From contig CBDDPW010000020.1 in the NCBI GenBank assembly GCA_965232535.1, positions 213,702 through 277,701 on the forward strand: a DNA stretch of 64,000 nt, read 5' to 3'. Shown in pieces: positions 27,230 to 36,235 of the stretch (the stretch's first letter is position 1; each line of letters opens with the position of its first letter). This DNA is from Candidatus Poribacteria bacterium (GTDB lineage: Bacteria; Poribacteria; WGA-4E; JAJDTR01). The translations under genes were made by a program, and so were the position numbers. Under the pieces are notes generated by a model, which saw only the letters and a program-made list of their open reading frames with translations, was not told the DNA's origin and did not search any database.

Positions 27230-27667
27230 TTAAAATCGCCCTTGGAGACTAAGAGTTGTTTCGCGGTTTTGGAGATCGTAACTTGGGGTGAGGCGCAACG
27301 CCGAAGATTGAGATTCCCGTGAAATCAGATCCAGTTGATCGAAAATTGAGATGAGTGTCGCAACCCCAACCAGCCCAATTCCAACCCGCGACATAGCCAG
27401 GCTGGTGTCACGTTGGCGCGTATAATCGTTTCGATGTTTCGCAATGTCCGCTTGGAGTGCGGTGATTAAGTATTGATCATACGAATCTTGAGCCGATTTG
27501 TCAACAAACACGCTGCCAAATTTCAAACCCATTCCGGTGGTGAACAACACGACTTTCAATGCACGGGCCCCACCTCCAGCCTGCGCGGATAGTACGGTCA
27601 TGGTTAAGGTTAACGCACAACACACGCCAACCAATACGATGACTTTCATTGATAAATTTGGACGCAT
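27230..27667 (-). CDS. small secreted/outer-membrane-associated hypothetical protein
   Basis: Start at ATG 27667 (GAGG 7 nt upstream). Signal peptide MRPNLSMKVIVLVGVCCALTLTMTVLSAQA and a C-terminal ...LQGRF. The stop abuts the next gene (1-nt gap). Confidence 0.55.
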   Translation of the reverse strand: MRPNLSMKVIVLVGVCCALTLTMTVLSAQAGGGARALKVVLFTTGMGLKFGSVFVDKSAQDSYDQYLITALQADIAKHRNDYTRQRDTSLAMSRVGIGLVGVATLISIFDQLDLISRESQSSALRLTPSYDLQNRETTLSLQGRF

Positions 27668-27775
27668 TGCAAAACCTCGTGATTTGTAGGTGAAGGATTG
27701 GCGAATCCATCCGGATTGCGTTTTCACAACACCGGATGTAACTCATACTCTCGCCCAATCAAGGTAATTAGTCCG

Positions 27776-29677
27776 CTATTGCATCGGCTGCATCTGCTGC
27801 GCTTCTTGCATCTCCATCATCTGTCGTACACTCGCTCCGATGTTAATCAGGTCCCTAAGGTCCGCAAGTGCGATGAAAATATCGGTTTGAACACCCCCAT
27901 CCCTGTTCTGCCCGGCTATCCCGATACTATGCGTGTCAGGGCTGTTCTGCAATAACATACCGAACATTCCGGCTTCCGGTTCGGACTGTGCGACTATCTG
28001 TAAGACATCCTTTACCAGCTTGATAGGTGAGATTGTAAACATCCAGTTATTATTTAGCGTCAGTGTATCAATCACTTTGCCGTGTCCCATGTTACTTTCG
28101 GCGGAAGTTCCTATACCGGCAATGCGATCCAAAGCGTCCTTGATAGGTTGCGCCGTAGAAGCCATGGAAATCAAGAGTTTCCCGTTGCTGACTGCATGGT
28201 AAATATCCCACTGTTCCGGGATTGAGAATGGCATGTCCGGCGGGATCTCGCCAAATCCTGCTGAAATATTTGGCAAGGTAATACTCGAAATTTCAACATC
28301 GTTATACATTTCTGAAGCACCTACCGAAGCTCCGGAGTACATATTTGCGGCATCCGCTGCTCCCATGGATTCGTACAATGATGCTGTGGCTGCTATATAT
28401 GTGAGATAATCGTCCCTCATGTAGGACGCCATTTTTTTCTCATTGACGGTGTCGTTAATAAACACCATATCCGGCAGCAGGCTCCCACTGAAGCTGAATG
28501 TACCTGATGCTTCTTCGCCTATCGACTCGTAGAATTCGGATAACGCGTCGACAAAATCCTGTGTTGTTTGCTGAATTGCTTGATTGTCCGCGTCCGGATC
28601 GGTAGGAGCAAGCATCGTCATGATATCCACGGTGAAATCGATCCAAGTTTCCTTCTGAAACTGCATCATGCTGTGTGCGAGAGCCGTTGGCGGAAGATAT
28701 TCGAGATGCGTCAACTCCGTAGGGGGCGCCGCAAAAAATGATTGCGCGTCGCTGCCCTCTTCGAACTTAATGAAGGGCGAAATCTGTAGATCGGTGCCGT
28801 TCAACTCCACGGTTAGGCTCAACGTCGAAGCTTGATTAATAAACTGAATGCCCCAATCTATCATTTTTGAAACCATTGTCATGCCCTGCGCATCGGGAAC
28901 AGACGCTTCCAATGCCTCAAATCCCGCTTTCATTTCGCTTGCCCGCTCAGTTAACATTTCTGCAATCGGCGCCATCGGGAAGTAAGCCAATACGTCGTTC
29001 CGTTCCAGCGACGGATCGAGATTGAGGGAGGCGTAATCAGGGTTCATGCCGATTGACGGCAACACCTTTTTGTAGGTGTCAATGGCGTTCTCGCACACAT
29101 ACGAAATTCCTGAATAGACCAAGAAGTCTCCCAAGATTACAAAAGCGCCGCCCCCTTCCGTGGTGTTGTAGGTCGTACCGTTATACTCCACCGTGTTGCC
29201 AACATCCGATTCGGCGTCTATTACCAATTGAATCGCCTCCGGATCATTCACATGGACGGCGGCGCAGGGGATGAGCGGCTTTGTGTCGGAAAAGAACACG
29301 CAGAAATCTTTGCCCAAATCCAGTCCGAGATCCTCCAATTCCTCCAAGCTTTCAAACCCGGCGCCAAATGTTTCAGCGAGTATCTCCGCCACAATCTCCT
29401 GCGGCGGATCTCCCATCACTAGCTCGGCAAAGAGGGAGTTGATCTCATCATTTAGCGCGAGCGGATTACGGATGTAGATAAGTCCATTAACATCAGCGGG
29501 AATGACGCTCAAAACGCTGTCGGGATCGACGTAAACAGGAGGTTCCGAGGTTGCTGACATCCGGGAGTCAATTGAAGTTTCAGGGGTTACCTCGGATTGC
29601 TTTGCACCACAGCCTACAACTAAAATCGCCGAGATACAAATTAGGATGTGTAAGTTGGATAACACACGCTTTCTCAT
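27776..29677 (-). CDS. large lipoprotein of unknown function (DUF3352-like impression only)
   Basis: Lipobox ILVVGCGA. A 633-aa acidic soluble protein with no catalytic motif I recognise. It is the first gene of a four-gene same-strand cluster. Confidence 0.65.
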   Translation of the reverse strand: MRKRVLSNLHILICISAILVVGCGAKQSEVTPETSIDSRMSATSEPPVYVDPDSVLSVIPADVNGLIYIRNPLALNDEINSLFAELVMGDPPQEIVAEILAETFGAGFESLEELEDLGLDLGKDFCVFFSDTKPLIPCAAVHVNDPEAIQLVIDAESDVGNTVEYNGTTYNTTEGGGAFVILGDFLVYSGISYVCENAIDTYKKVLPSIGMNPDYASLNLDPSLERNDVLAYFPMAPIAEMLTERASEMKAGFEALEASVPDAQGMTMVSKMIDWGIQFINQASTLSLTVELNGTDLQISPFIKFEEGSDAQSFFAAPPTELTHLEYLPPTALAHSMMQFQKETWIDFTVDIMTMLAPTDPDADNQAIQQTTQDFVDALSEFYESIGEEASGTFSFSGSLLPDMVFINDTVNEKKMASYMRDDYLTYIAATASLYESMGAADAANMYSGASVGASEMYNDVEISSITLPNISAGFGEIPPDMPFSIPEQWDIYHAVSNGKLLISMASTAQPIKDALDRIAGIGTSAESNMGHGKVIDTLTLNNNWMFTISPIKLVKDVLQIVAQSEPEAGMFGMLLQNSPDTHSIGIAGQNRDGGVQTDIFIALADLRDLINIGASVRQMMEMQEAQQMQPMQ

Positions 29678-29925
29678 TATGGATTTCTCCTTTGGAACAT
29701 TCTTAAGTGTTTGACATTAGTGCAGGGGTTGGGAATAAGCCGATTCCCCGCTTGCGTCTACGGTTTGACGATGCTGATCCCCCGTTTGTTGAGAATAAGG
29801 CATCGAGTTGAACGTGTTAAATTACGTTAGCGGTCACGTGTGCAGTTTTAGGAGCGATTTGAGTGATCGATAGCAATTCATTTGTAGGAACTTTTTTTAT
29901 GTACTTATTGTTATCTTCTGCGTAC

Positions 29926-30088
29926 CTATGGGAAATCTATGGCATCTCTTGGGAACTCTATCACAGGATTGGCTATCGCGTTCATTATCCATTCACTTGA
30001 TCTCCTTATTCAGTCGCTTGATCCTTCACTAATCGTTCAGTTGATCGTTCGCTACTGGCTCACTTAATTTTTTCGCTCGTTTGATCCC
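29926..30088. repeat. array of phased 11-12-bp degenerate repeats (TTCRCT...TTGATC family), longest copy
   Basis: ...GGCTATCGCG TTCATTATCCA TTCACTTGATCTCC TTATTCAGTCGCTTGATCC TTCACTAATCG TTCAGTTGATCG TTCGCTACTGGC TCACTTAATTTT TTCGCTCGTTTGATCCC. It shares the core ATCTCTATCGC..TTCGTTATTC.CTC.CTTGATC with 32650, 35734 and 46155. Confidence 0.7.
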
Positions 30089-30177
30089 ACCCAACAGATG
30101 TACAAAGTCGAGCTAAATGTGTCGTCTGAACCGCGTGATGTATTACCCTTCAAAGTATCCTCGATCCTCGACCGGCT

Positions 30178-31266
30178 CTAACCCTTAATGGCCGCAATCC
30201 GGTTCTCAATATTCGCAATCTCTTCGTTGGAAGTCAACACGCCAATTTCAGCCTCGTAGTGTCTGCGTCCGCCCGGCTCAATGTACTCTAACGTACCTCG
30301 AGTTTCCTCTTTTTCCTGTCCCTCAACCCAACAGTTCGCCGGCTCTAATCCGATGACATACGCTCCCTCGCTACACATCTTCCATTGGACAAACCGAGGG
30401 AATTGTGTCCTGTGGTATTTCACGTATAATCCAAATCCTCGTCCTTCGCCAAATTTACGATTTACCAATGCAATATAGACGTGATTGTCCGCATCCGCTT
30501 CCATTTCGTGGTAATAAACTCGTTCCCGAAAATCGGCGGTTGGCGCCTCGCATCGTGCGTGATTGTCCACGTCGACTGCGGCGTGCTCATCTCGGGGTAT
30601 CACTTGCGTCGTGGGGGCAAGCAGTTCGGTGCCTTCGGCAACAATCGGAAATCCAACGTTGATATGGAAGAGGTACATGTGCGGTGTGTCTTGGTACCCG
30701 AGATTTTCAACGATATCTTCAATATGGAGATTTTTTGCTCCGAGTTCTGTCCAAACGCGCCGGGTACGGCAGAGGTTCTCACCCAGTGCGGCGGTTTCCG
30801 TAACTTTTCCCTGCGCCCAGAGCATGTAACGGTTTCCCTCCCAGCGGCTATCAACCCAAACATTCTTTGCAGGTAAGTGGGAGACACGACCGTGCAGTCC
30901 GTGCGACCCATTTTCATCCGGTTCGCCAACGTGCGTCATCCCGCACGTCGTAAGGAGACCACCGGAAAATCCACGCAACCAACCGAATCCTTGGGGTTCG
31001 TAGTAAGTGGGAGCCACATCGCCTGTGCCTGACCGCCAACAGAGCGGGAGACCGTTGTATTCCGCATAAGATATATCCAATCCGCGATCCGGCAGCACGG
31101 TGAAATTTAACCCCGAACCTGTCCGGAAGTCAACCCCATTGACTCCGCTTTCGTTTCCTTCAATTAGTTGGTACCGTTTTATGCCGGCAATCTGAGAGAT
31201 ATCACCAATATGCCGAAGTAATTGCCGTTTTTCGTATGTCGCTCCGTGTAATTTTATCACTAGCAC
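30178..31266 (-). CDS. aldose-1-epimerase-like (DUF4432-type) protein
   Basis: DRGLDISYAEYNGLPLCWRS, GWLRGFSGGLLTTCGMTHVG and HGLHGRVSHLPA resemble the DUF4432/galactose-mutarotase-like family as I recall it. Confidence 0.55.
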   Translation of the reverse strand: MLVIKLHGATYEKRQLLRHIGDISQIAGIKRYQLIEGNESGVNGVDFRTGSGLNFTVLPDRGLDISYAEYNGLPLCWRSGTGDVAPTYYEPQGFGWLRGFSGGLLTTCGMTHVGEPDENGSHGLHGRVSHLPAKNVWVDSRWEGNRYMLWAQGKVTETAALGENLCRTRRVWTELGAKNLHIEDIVENLGYQDTPHMYLFHINVGFPIVAEGTELLAPTTQVIPRDEHAAVDVDNHARCEAPTADFRERVYYHEMEADADNHVYIALVNRKFGEGRGFGLYVKYHRTQFPRFVQWKMCSEGAYVIGLEPANCWVEGQEKEETRGTLEYIEPGGRRHYEAEIGVLTSNEEIANIENRIAAIKG

Positions 31267-31892
31267 ACCTCCTCAAAAGAAACCGAATCACAGAGTAGAA
31301 CTGTAGTATGAAGGGCAGAATTTCTTGAACGAATTATAGCACACCCTGATTAAAACATCAATCAAACGTTAGTCATGCCAATCGCATCAGAGTATCGTAC
31401 AGTTTCCATACCACGCCGCAATTGTAGAGGAGGATCATCAAATTGTCGGGTTGAGGGTTTGTTTCATCATGCCACACAATTTGAACGTGTAGGATACAGA
31501 AATTTTACTCGCTTGAGTTGCTCATAACGCGCAAATACTACCGCCCTAGATGATCGGAGGACATCAGACGGGATTGTTAACCTTTGAAGGCGACAACTAG
31601 ATGAAAGCGCATTTGGGTGCAAAATTCAGCCCTCATTGGATTCTCGGGAACCAATTGCCTCTGAATGGATGGTATACTAATGTATGGGTAGCCGCTCGTC
31701 ACAAACACCTTAAAAATAGCACCTTCAATTCGATGATGATAAATCTCTTGAATCAGATGCGACCGTCCTACTGATAAATCTTGGGGTGCTTGATGACGGC
31801 TTCGATAACTGATACAATTGGCACGCCTCGGAAGTTACTGAAATTGAACGCCGCGGCGTGTCGAGACTTTCATAAACATAAGGAGAAATAAC

Positions 31893-32639
31893 ATGAACTT
31901 GAACAGTAAGGTTGCAATCGTAACAGGCGCGGGACAGGGTATTGGTCGAGGGATTGCCATCCAGCTCGCCCGCTCAGGGGCGAGCCTCGCCGTGGTAGAC
32001 GTGGACGCCGAACGAGCTGAGACAGTCACGAAGGAGATTAAGGATTTGGGGCATTCGGCGCTCGCAATACATGCTGATGTAACGGATTTCGATCAAGTGA
32101 AACGCATGATCGAAGGAACACTTGAAGCATTTCACCAAATCGACATTTTGGTGAATAACGCGGGGATTACCGGAAGAACGCTCCCGCTCACCAAATTGGA
32201 GGTTTCGGATTGGGATGAAGTGATGGATGTCAATTTGAGAGCCGTATTCCTATGCTGCAAAGCGGTAATCGACCACATGATTGAGAGGGGATATGGCAGA
32301 ATTGTGAGCATTGCGTCCGTTGCCGGAAAGGAGGGGAATCCCACGCTGATCCCCTATTCGACATCCAAAGCGGGTGTCATCGGATTGACGAAAGCGCTTG
32401 CCAAAGAGGTTACGGAATACGACATACGCGTCAATTGTGTTGCGCCTGCGGTGATTGGAACTCCGCTGCTTGACGACATGGCGCCGTCAACTGTCGAATA
32501 TATGATTAGCAAGATTCCGCTGGGCCGCGTCGGCAAGCCGGAGGAGGTAGCGGCAGTGGTAAATTTCCTCGCCTCGGACCTCGCCAGTTTTATCACGGGA
32601 CAGTGCTACGACATCAGCGGCGGAAGGGCAACATATTAA
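31893..32639 (+). CDS. short-chain dehydrogenase/reductase (FabG-like)
   Basis: RBS AAGGAGA. Cofactor motif TGAGQGIGRGIA, NNAG, and catalytic S...YSTSK. Confidence 0.9.
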   Translation: MNLNSKVAIVTGAGQGIGRGIAIQLARSGASLAVVDVDAERAETVTKEIKDLGHSALAIHADVTDFDQVKRMIEGTLEAFHQIDILVNNAGITGRTLPLTKLEVSDWDEVMDVNLRAVFLCCKAVIDHMIERGYGRIVSIASVAGKEGNPTLIPYSTSKAGVIGLTKALAKEVTEYDIRVNCVAPAVIGTPLLDDMAPSTVEYMISKIPLGRVGKPEEVAAVVNFLASDLASFITGQCYDISGGRATY

Positions 32640-32649
32640 GTGGTCAGTG

Positions 32650-32687
32650 GATCTCTATCGCACTCGTTATTCGCTCGCTTGATGGCT
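32650..32687. repeat. short copy of the phased TTCRCT/TTGATC repeat, flanked by an 11-bp direct repeat
   Basis: GATCTCTATCGCACTCGTTATTCGCTCGCTTGATGGCT is bracketed by AGTGGTCAGTG at 32639-32649 and again at 32688-32698. Confidence 0.7.
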
Positions 32688-32809
32688 AGTGGTCAGTGAC
32701 CAGTGAGATTCCTAACCCGTTCTATAGTGTAGTGGAATAAGTATCTTGTGTCAGTTTCGTAAGCATCTAATGCATATGGGGCCGACGCAGGAAACATGCT
32801 TTTCGCCGT

Positions 32810-32832
32810 GTAGGTCGGGCTTCTAGCCCGAC
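32810..32832 (+). repeat. REP-like hairpin GTAG + GTCGGGC-ttcta-GCCCGAC
   Basis: GTAGGTCGGGCTTCTAGCCCGAC. It is flanked by near-identical 16-17-nt direct repeats CCGACGC(T)AGGAAACAT (32782-32797 and 32828-32844). Confidence 0.7.
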
Positions 32833-32994
32833 GCTAGGAAACATTCCGCTTAGCCAAACCTAATCCGTGATATCCTTTAATCTTTTTAATCTACTAATCT
32901 TTTTAATCTACGATTCGCCCAACTACAAAATTGCGCATTCCTTATGCCATATTCTTTTTGTAAAAAAACCACTAATTCCGGAGGGTTGTCAACC

Positions 32995-33996
32995 ATGCTT
33001 TTATTTAACCGAGATTTCCTATTGATTCCTCTTATATCGGGGCTTTTGTTTTTGACAGTCGGGTGCGGCGGCGATGAGGAAGGAGGCATCAATCTGGCGC
33101 CGCAGATATTTGTCTTTGAAGTGGAATCCGAAATTGTCGAACCCGGCAGTCAAGTCCCGGTTACAATCGAGGTCGCCGATCTTGAAGGAGATCCCATTAC
33201 CTTTGAGTGGTCGGCGACGGGCGGCGCTATCAACGGCGATTCGACCGGCGCGCTCTGGACGGCACCGGACCACGAGCGAAAGTACCAGATCGAGCTTTCG
33301 GTCAGTGATGGGTACAAATCGACCACAAGCACCATTGATATTCAGGTGTGGCGCACTCGGCCGGGGAATTACTATCCACTCGCCGTTGGCAACAGGTGGA
33401 CGTATCGTGATGATGAGGGCAATAGAATCATCTTCGCGATCATTGATAAGATACAAATACACCTGTCAGAAGACGAGTTGATCGAGAGTTTTGTACTTGA
33501 GAAATCTAGCACTGACGAGAACTTGGAGAACGTGAAGAATTATTCCTACATCGGACAGAGCTTCAATGAGGACGGTGTGGTTAATGGAATCGTTCAGCAT
33601 GCACAGAATATTGCATCTGGCACAGACGGGACAATGCTGTTCCTGCCTTTTCTGCCGTTGTACAATTTCCCCCTGATTCCTGGTAACAAGTGGGCAACCC
33701 GCTTTCAGGCGGAAGTAGTGCCCGAAAGGCTTCCGCTCGGCAACGGGTTGGATGAATTTGAAGTATTATCGGAGGAAACTGTTACGGTGCCGGCTGGTAC
33801 GTTCGATCATGTCTTCCAAGTGCAGGAGACTTTCAGATGGACATTTTTTGATGTCCAAGACCTCGATATCACTATCGCAAAGAAGTGGTTGGCACCGGAT
33901 GTCGGTATCTTGAAATTTACCCAACAGCAAACACGCTTCAACGTTTCCGTTGAGGTACTCTTTGAGCTTGAATCATTTGAGTTGGTTCCAAGTTAA
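32995..33996 (+). CDS. lipoprotein with N-terminal Ig/PKD-like domain
   Basis: Start at ATG 32995 (RBS GGAGGG). Lipobox LFLTVGCGG. An Ig-like segment (VPVTIEVADLEGDPITFEWSATGG...YQIELSVSDG) precedes an unassigned C-terminal domain. Confidence 0.65.
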   Translation: MLLFNRDFLLIPLISGLLFLTVGCGGDEEGGINLAPQIFVFEVESEIVEPGSQVPVTIEVADLEGDPITFEWSATGGAINGDSTGALWTAPDHERKYQIELSVSDGYKSTTSTIDIQVWRTRPGNYYPLAVGNRWTYRDDEGNRIIFAIIDKIQIHLSEDELIESFVLEKSSTDENLENVKNYSYIGQSFNEDGVVNGIVQHAQNIASGTDGTMLFLPFLPLYNFPLIPGNKWATRFQAEVVPERLPLGNGLDEFEVLSEETVTVPAGTFDHVFQVQETFRWTFFDVQDLDITIAKKWLAPDVGILKFTQQQTRFNVSVEVLFELESFELVPS

Positions 33997-34090
33997 CCCT
34001 CCCATCAAAGTTCTTACCTCCGATTCAACCACCCAAGATTTTTCACTAGACAAACACAGCCGTAACTGATACAATCGTCGTTGAGTTAAA

Positions 34091-34369
34091 ATGTATCAGG
34101 TGCGACTACCCATCAAGAAATATCAGAATTTGGCTGGCATCGCCGCGGTTGCCGGATTCCTGTTCGGAGCGATCCTTCCTTTGTACGGCTTCGCTACAGG
34201 TCGGTGGACGTGTCCGTTCGGCGATCGCATTTTCCACAATGTGATATTCAGTTTGCTGTCCGGCGTGGTTGGGGCGTTATTGCTAGGCAATCTCGCCGCG
34301 GTGGCGCTAATTCTAATCGCAAAATACCGTAAGTTGGCCTTGCGGCTCGCCAGGAATTGCAAAAGGTAA
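34091..34369 (+). CDS. small membrane protein, hypothetical
   Basis: Two to three hydrophobic helices. It ends 3 nt before the TauE-family gene. Positional support only. Confidence 0.4.
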   Translation: MYQVRLPIKKYQNLAGIAAVAGFLFGAILPLYGFATGRWTCPFGDRIFHNVIFSLLSGVVGALLLGNLAAVALILIAKYRKLALRLARNCKR

Positions 34370-34372
34370 TAC

Positions 34373-35131
34373 ATGGAAGACTTTTTGAAAATCCCGTTAA
34401 TTCTCGTTTCAGGTGTCTTCGCCGGCTTCCTTAACACCGTCGCGGGCGGCGGTTCACTGTTGACTCTCCCGGTTCTTATCTTTCTCGGTCTACCCGCCGC
34501 AGTGGCAAACGGCACAAACAGAGTCGCCCTGTTTATGCAGAATGCCAGCGCGATTATGGGGTTCCGCCGCAAAGGAGTTTCCGATTTTGGCTATAGTCTA
34601 CTCTTCACCGTGCCGACGCTTTTCGGAGCTTGGGCCGGCGCGCGACGTGCCGTTACTATAAATGACGACCAGTTCCTTCGAATCCTCTCCGGTGTCATGG
34701 TTGTGGTGCTCTTTCTGACGCTTTTCAGTCCGACGAAAAAGATCCAGGTCGGGTCCGATAGACTTAGTAAAACCCGACAAAGCATTGCGGTGTTGGCATT
34801 TTGGGCGCTCGGTTACTACGGCGGCTTCATTCACGCGGGAAACGGATTCCTCATTATCACGGCATTGACGTTAATCACCGGGTTCGACCTTGTCCGTGCG
34901 AATGCAATCAAGGTATTCGCCATATTTTTTTATACCATCATCGCGCTCGTTGCCTTCATCATTGGCGGAAAGGTGAATTGGTCTCTTGGATTGACCTTGG
35001 CTGTTGGAAATGCGACAGGCGCTTGGATTGGGAGTCATTGGGCGGTTGACAAAGGAGAGAAGTGGATCAAGGCTGTTCTTGTAGTTACGGTACTCGCGCT
35101 TGCGATTCGGTTATTCTGGAAGACGCTCTAG
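34373..35131 (+). CDS. TauE/SafE (TSUP, DUF81) family anion exporter
   Basis: GFLNTVAGGGSLLTLPVLIFLGLPAAVANGTNRVA and a repeated half (GNGFLIITALT...ANAIKV) are typical of the 4+4 TM TauE family. Confidence 0.85.
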   Translation: MEDFLKIPLILVSGVFAGFLNTVAGGGSLLTLPVLIFLGLPAAVANGTNRVALFMQNASAIMGFRRKGVSDFGYSLLFTVPTLFGAWAGARRAVTINDDQFLRILSGVMVVVLFLTLFSPTKKIQVGSDRLSKTRQSIAVLAFWALGYYGGFIHAGNGFLIITALTLITGFDLVRANAIKVFAIFFYTIIALVAFIIGGKVNWSLGLTLAVGNATGAWIGSHWAVDKGEKWIKAVLVVTVLALAIRLFWKTL

Positions 35132-35272
35132 AAACTGTCTTCCCACCTTGCTGCGTCTCGTCCTTGATACACGCCGAACAACAGACTGCGACCACGTTAA
35201 AACCGGTGCCAAATCGTCTTGTTCCTTTAGTTCATTCCATGTTAACAGTTGCCATATGAGGAGTATTGCACT

Positions 35273-35644
35273 ATGGGCTGTGGAAAAACCACACCAATCC
35301 TGAGAATATTCGACGAAGCGAAAGCCAAGGAGTTTTATGTCGATTTCTTGGGTTTCAGGGTCGATTGGGAACACCGATTTGCAGAAGATTTACCGCTGTA
35401 CATGCAGGTTACTAAGGACGAGTGCGTCATCCATCTGTCAGAGCATCACGGCGATTGTTGCCCCGGCGGGGCAATGAGAATCGAAACGACGGAGATAGAC
35501 GCCTATCAAAAGGTACTAATCGAAAAAAAGTATAAATACTACCGACCGGGAGTAGAAAAAATGCCTTGGGGCAGCAGGGATATGTCAATCACCGACCCCT
35601 TCGGCAACAGATTGACATTCACTGACGCCATCAGTACCTCGTGA
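35273..35644 (+). CDS. glyoxalase/bleomycin-resistance (VOC) superfamily protein
   Basis: RBS GAGGAG 9 nt upstream of ATG 35273. ILRIFDEAKAKEFYVDFLGF, IHLSEHHGD and GSRDMSITDPFGNRLTF fit the bleomycin-binding/VOC fold. Confidence 0.8.
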   Translation: MGCGKTTPILRIFDEAKAKEFYVDFLGFRVDWEHRFAEDLPLYMQVTKDECVIHLSEHHGDCCPGGAMRIETTEIDAYQKVLIEKKYKYYRPGVEKMPWGSRDMSITDPFGNRLTFTDAISTS

Positions 35645-35733
35645 GGGATGTTACTTCTTGTTCCCAAGCGGCAGTTGTACACCCAAATGTCGCGTAGTGG
35701 CAGTCCATAATGCGTAGTACGTAATTTCGTAAT

Positions 35734-35791
35734 AGGATTTCTATTGCATTCGCTATGGAATCTCTATCGCGTTCGTTATTCACTCACTTGA
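35734..35791. repeat. copy of the phased TTCRCT/TTGATC repeat, flanked by 7-bp direct repeat
   Basis: AGGATTTCTATTGCATTCGCTATGGAATCTCTATCGCGTTCGTTATTCACTCACTTGA is bracketed by TCGTAAT (35727-35733 and 35792-35798). It lies 9 nt from the IS left end. Confidence 0.65.
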
Positions 35792-35881
35792 TCGTAATTG
35801 ATTTGGTGACGTCCTAATTTAGATTGACATGAATTACTCCGGATTACTACACTTTTCAACGCGGTAAGAAGGAGAATTCAG

Positions 35882-36235
35882 ATGTCACATCAATTGGGAA
35901 ATCGTGTCTTCAAGAGGTATAGTCAAGCCTTCAAACAGAAGGTAGTTGGTGAAATTGAATCTGGTGTATTCACTATTCACCAAGCACAGAAACTGTATAG
36001 GATTGGTAGTAACAGCACTATCAGGAACTGGATAAAACAGTTGGGTAAGAATCACCTACTATCCCAACGGGTTCGCATTGAAACCACCGAGGAGGTAAAT
36101 CAACTTAAGCAGCTTATATCTGATAAACAACAACTTGAATCTGCATTGGCAAATGCCCATCTTAAGATTGCCACCCTCGAATCACAGATTGTTCAAGCGG
36201 AAAAATTGTTTGGTATTGACATTAAAAAAAAGTGA
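35882..36235 (+). CDS. IS3-family transposase OrfA (HTH + leucine-zipper-like region)
   Basis: RBS AAGGAGA. YSQAFKQKVVGEIESG..TIHQAQKLYRIGSNSTIRNWIKQ (HTH) is followed by a coiled-coil segment. It ends at the frameshift window. Confidence 0.88.
   Translation: MSHQLGNRVFKRYSQAFKQKVVGEIESGVFTIHQAQKLYRIGSNSTIRNWIKQLGKNHLLSQRVRIETTEEVNQLKQLISDKQQLESALANAHLKIATLESQIVQAEKLFGIDIKKK
36224..36232 (+). promoter_or_regulatory. programmed -1 ribosomal frameshift site (A AAA AAG within an A8G run)
   Basis: The last orfA codons are att aaa aaa aag tga. The orfB frame is -1 relative to orfA and is open across this run. This is the canonical IS3-family slippery motif. Confidence 0.75.
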
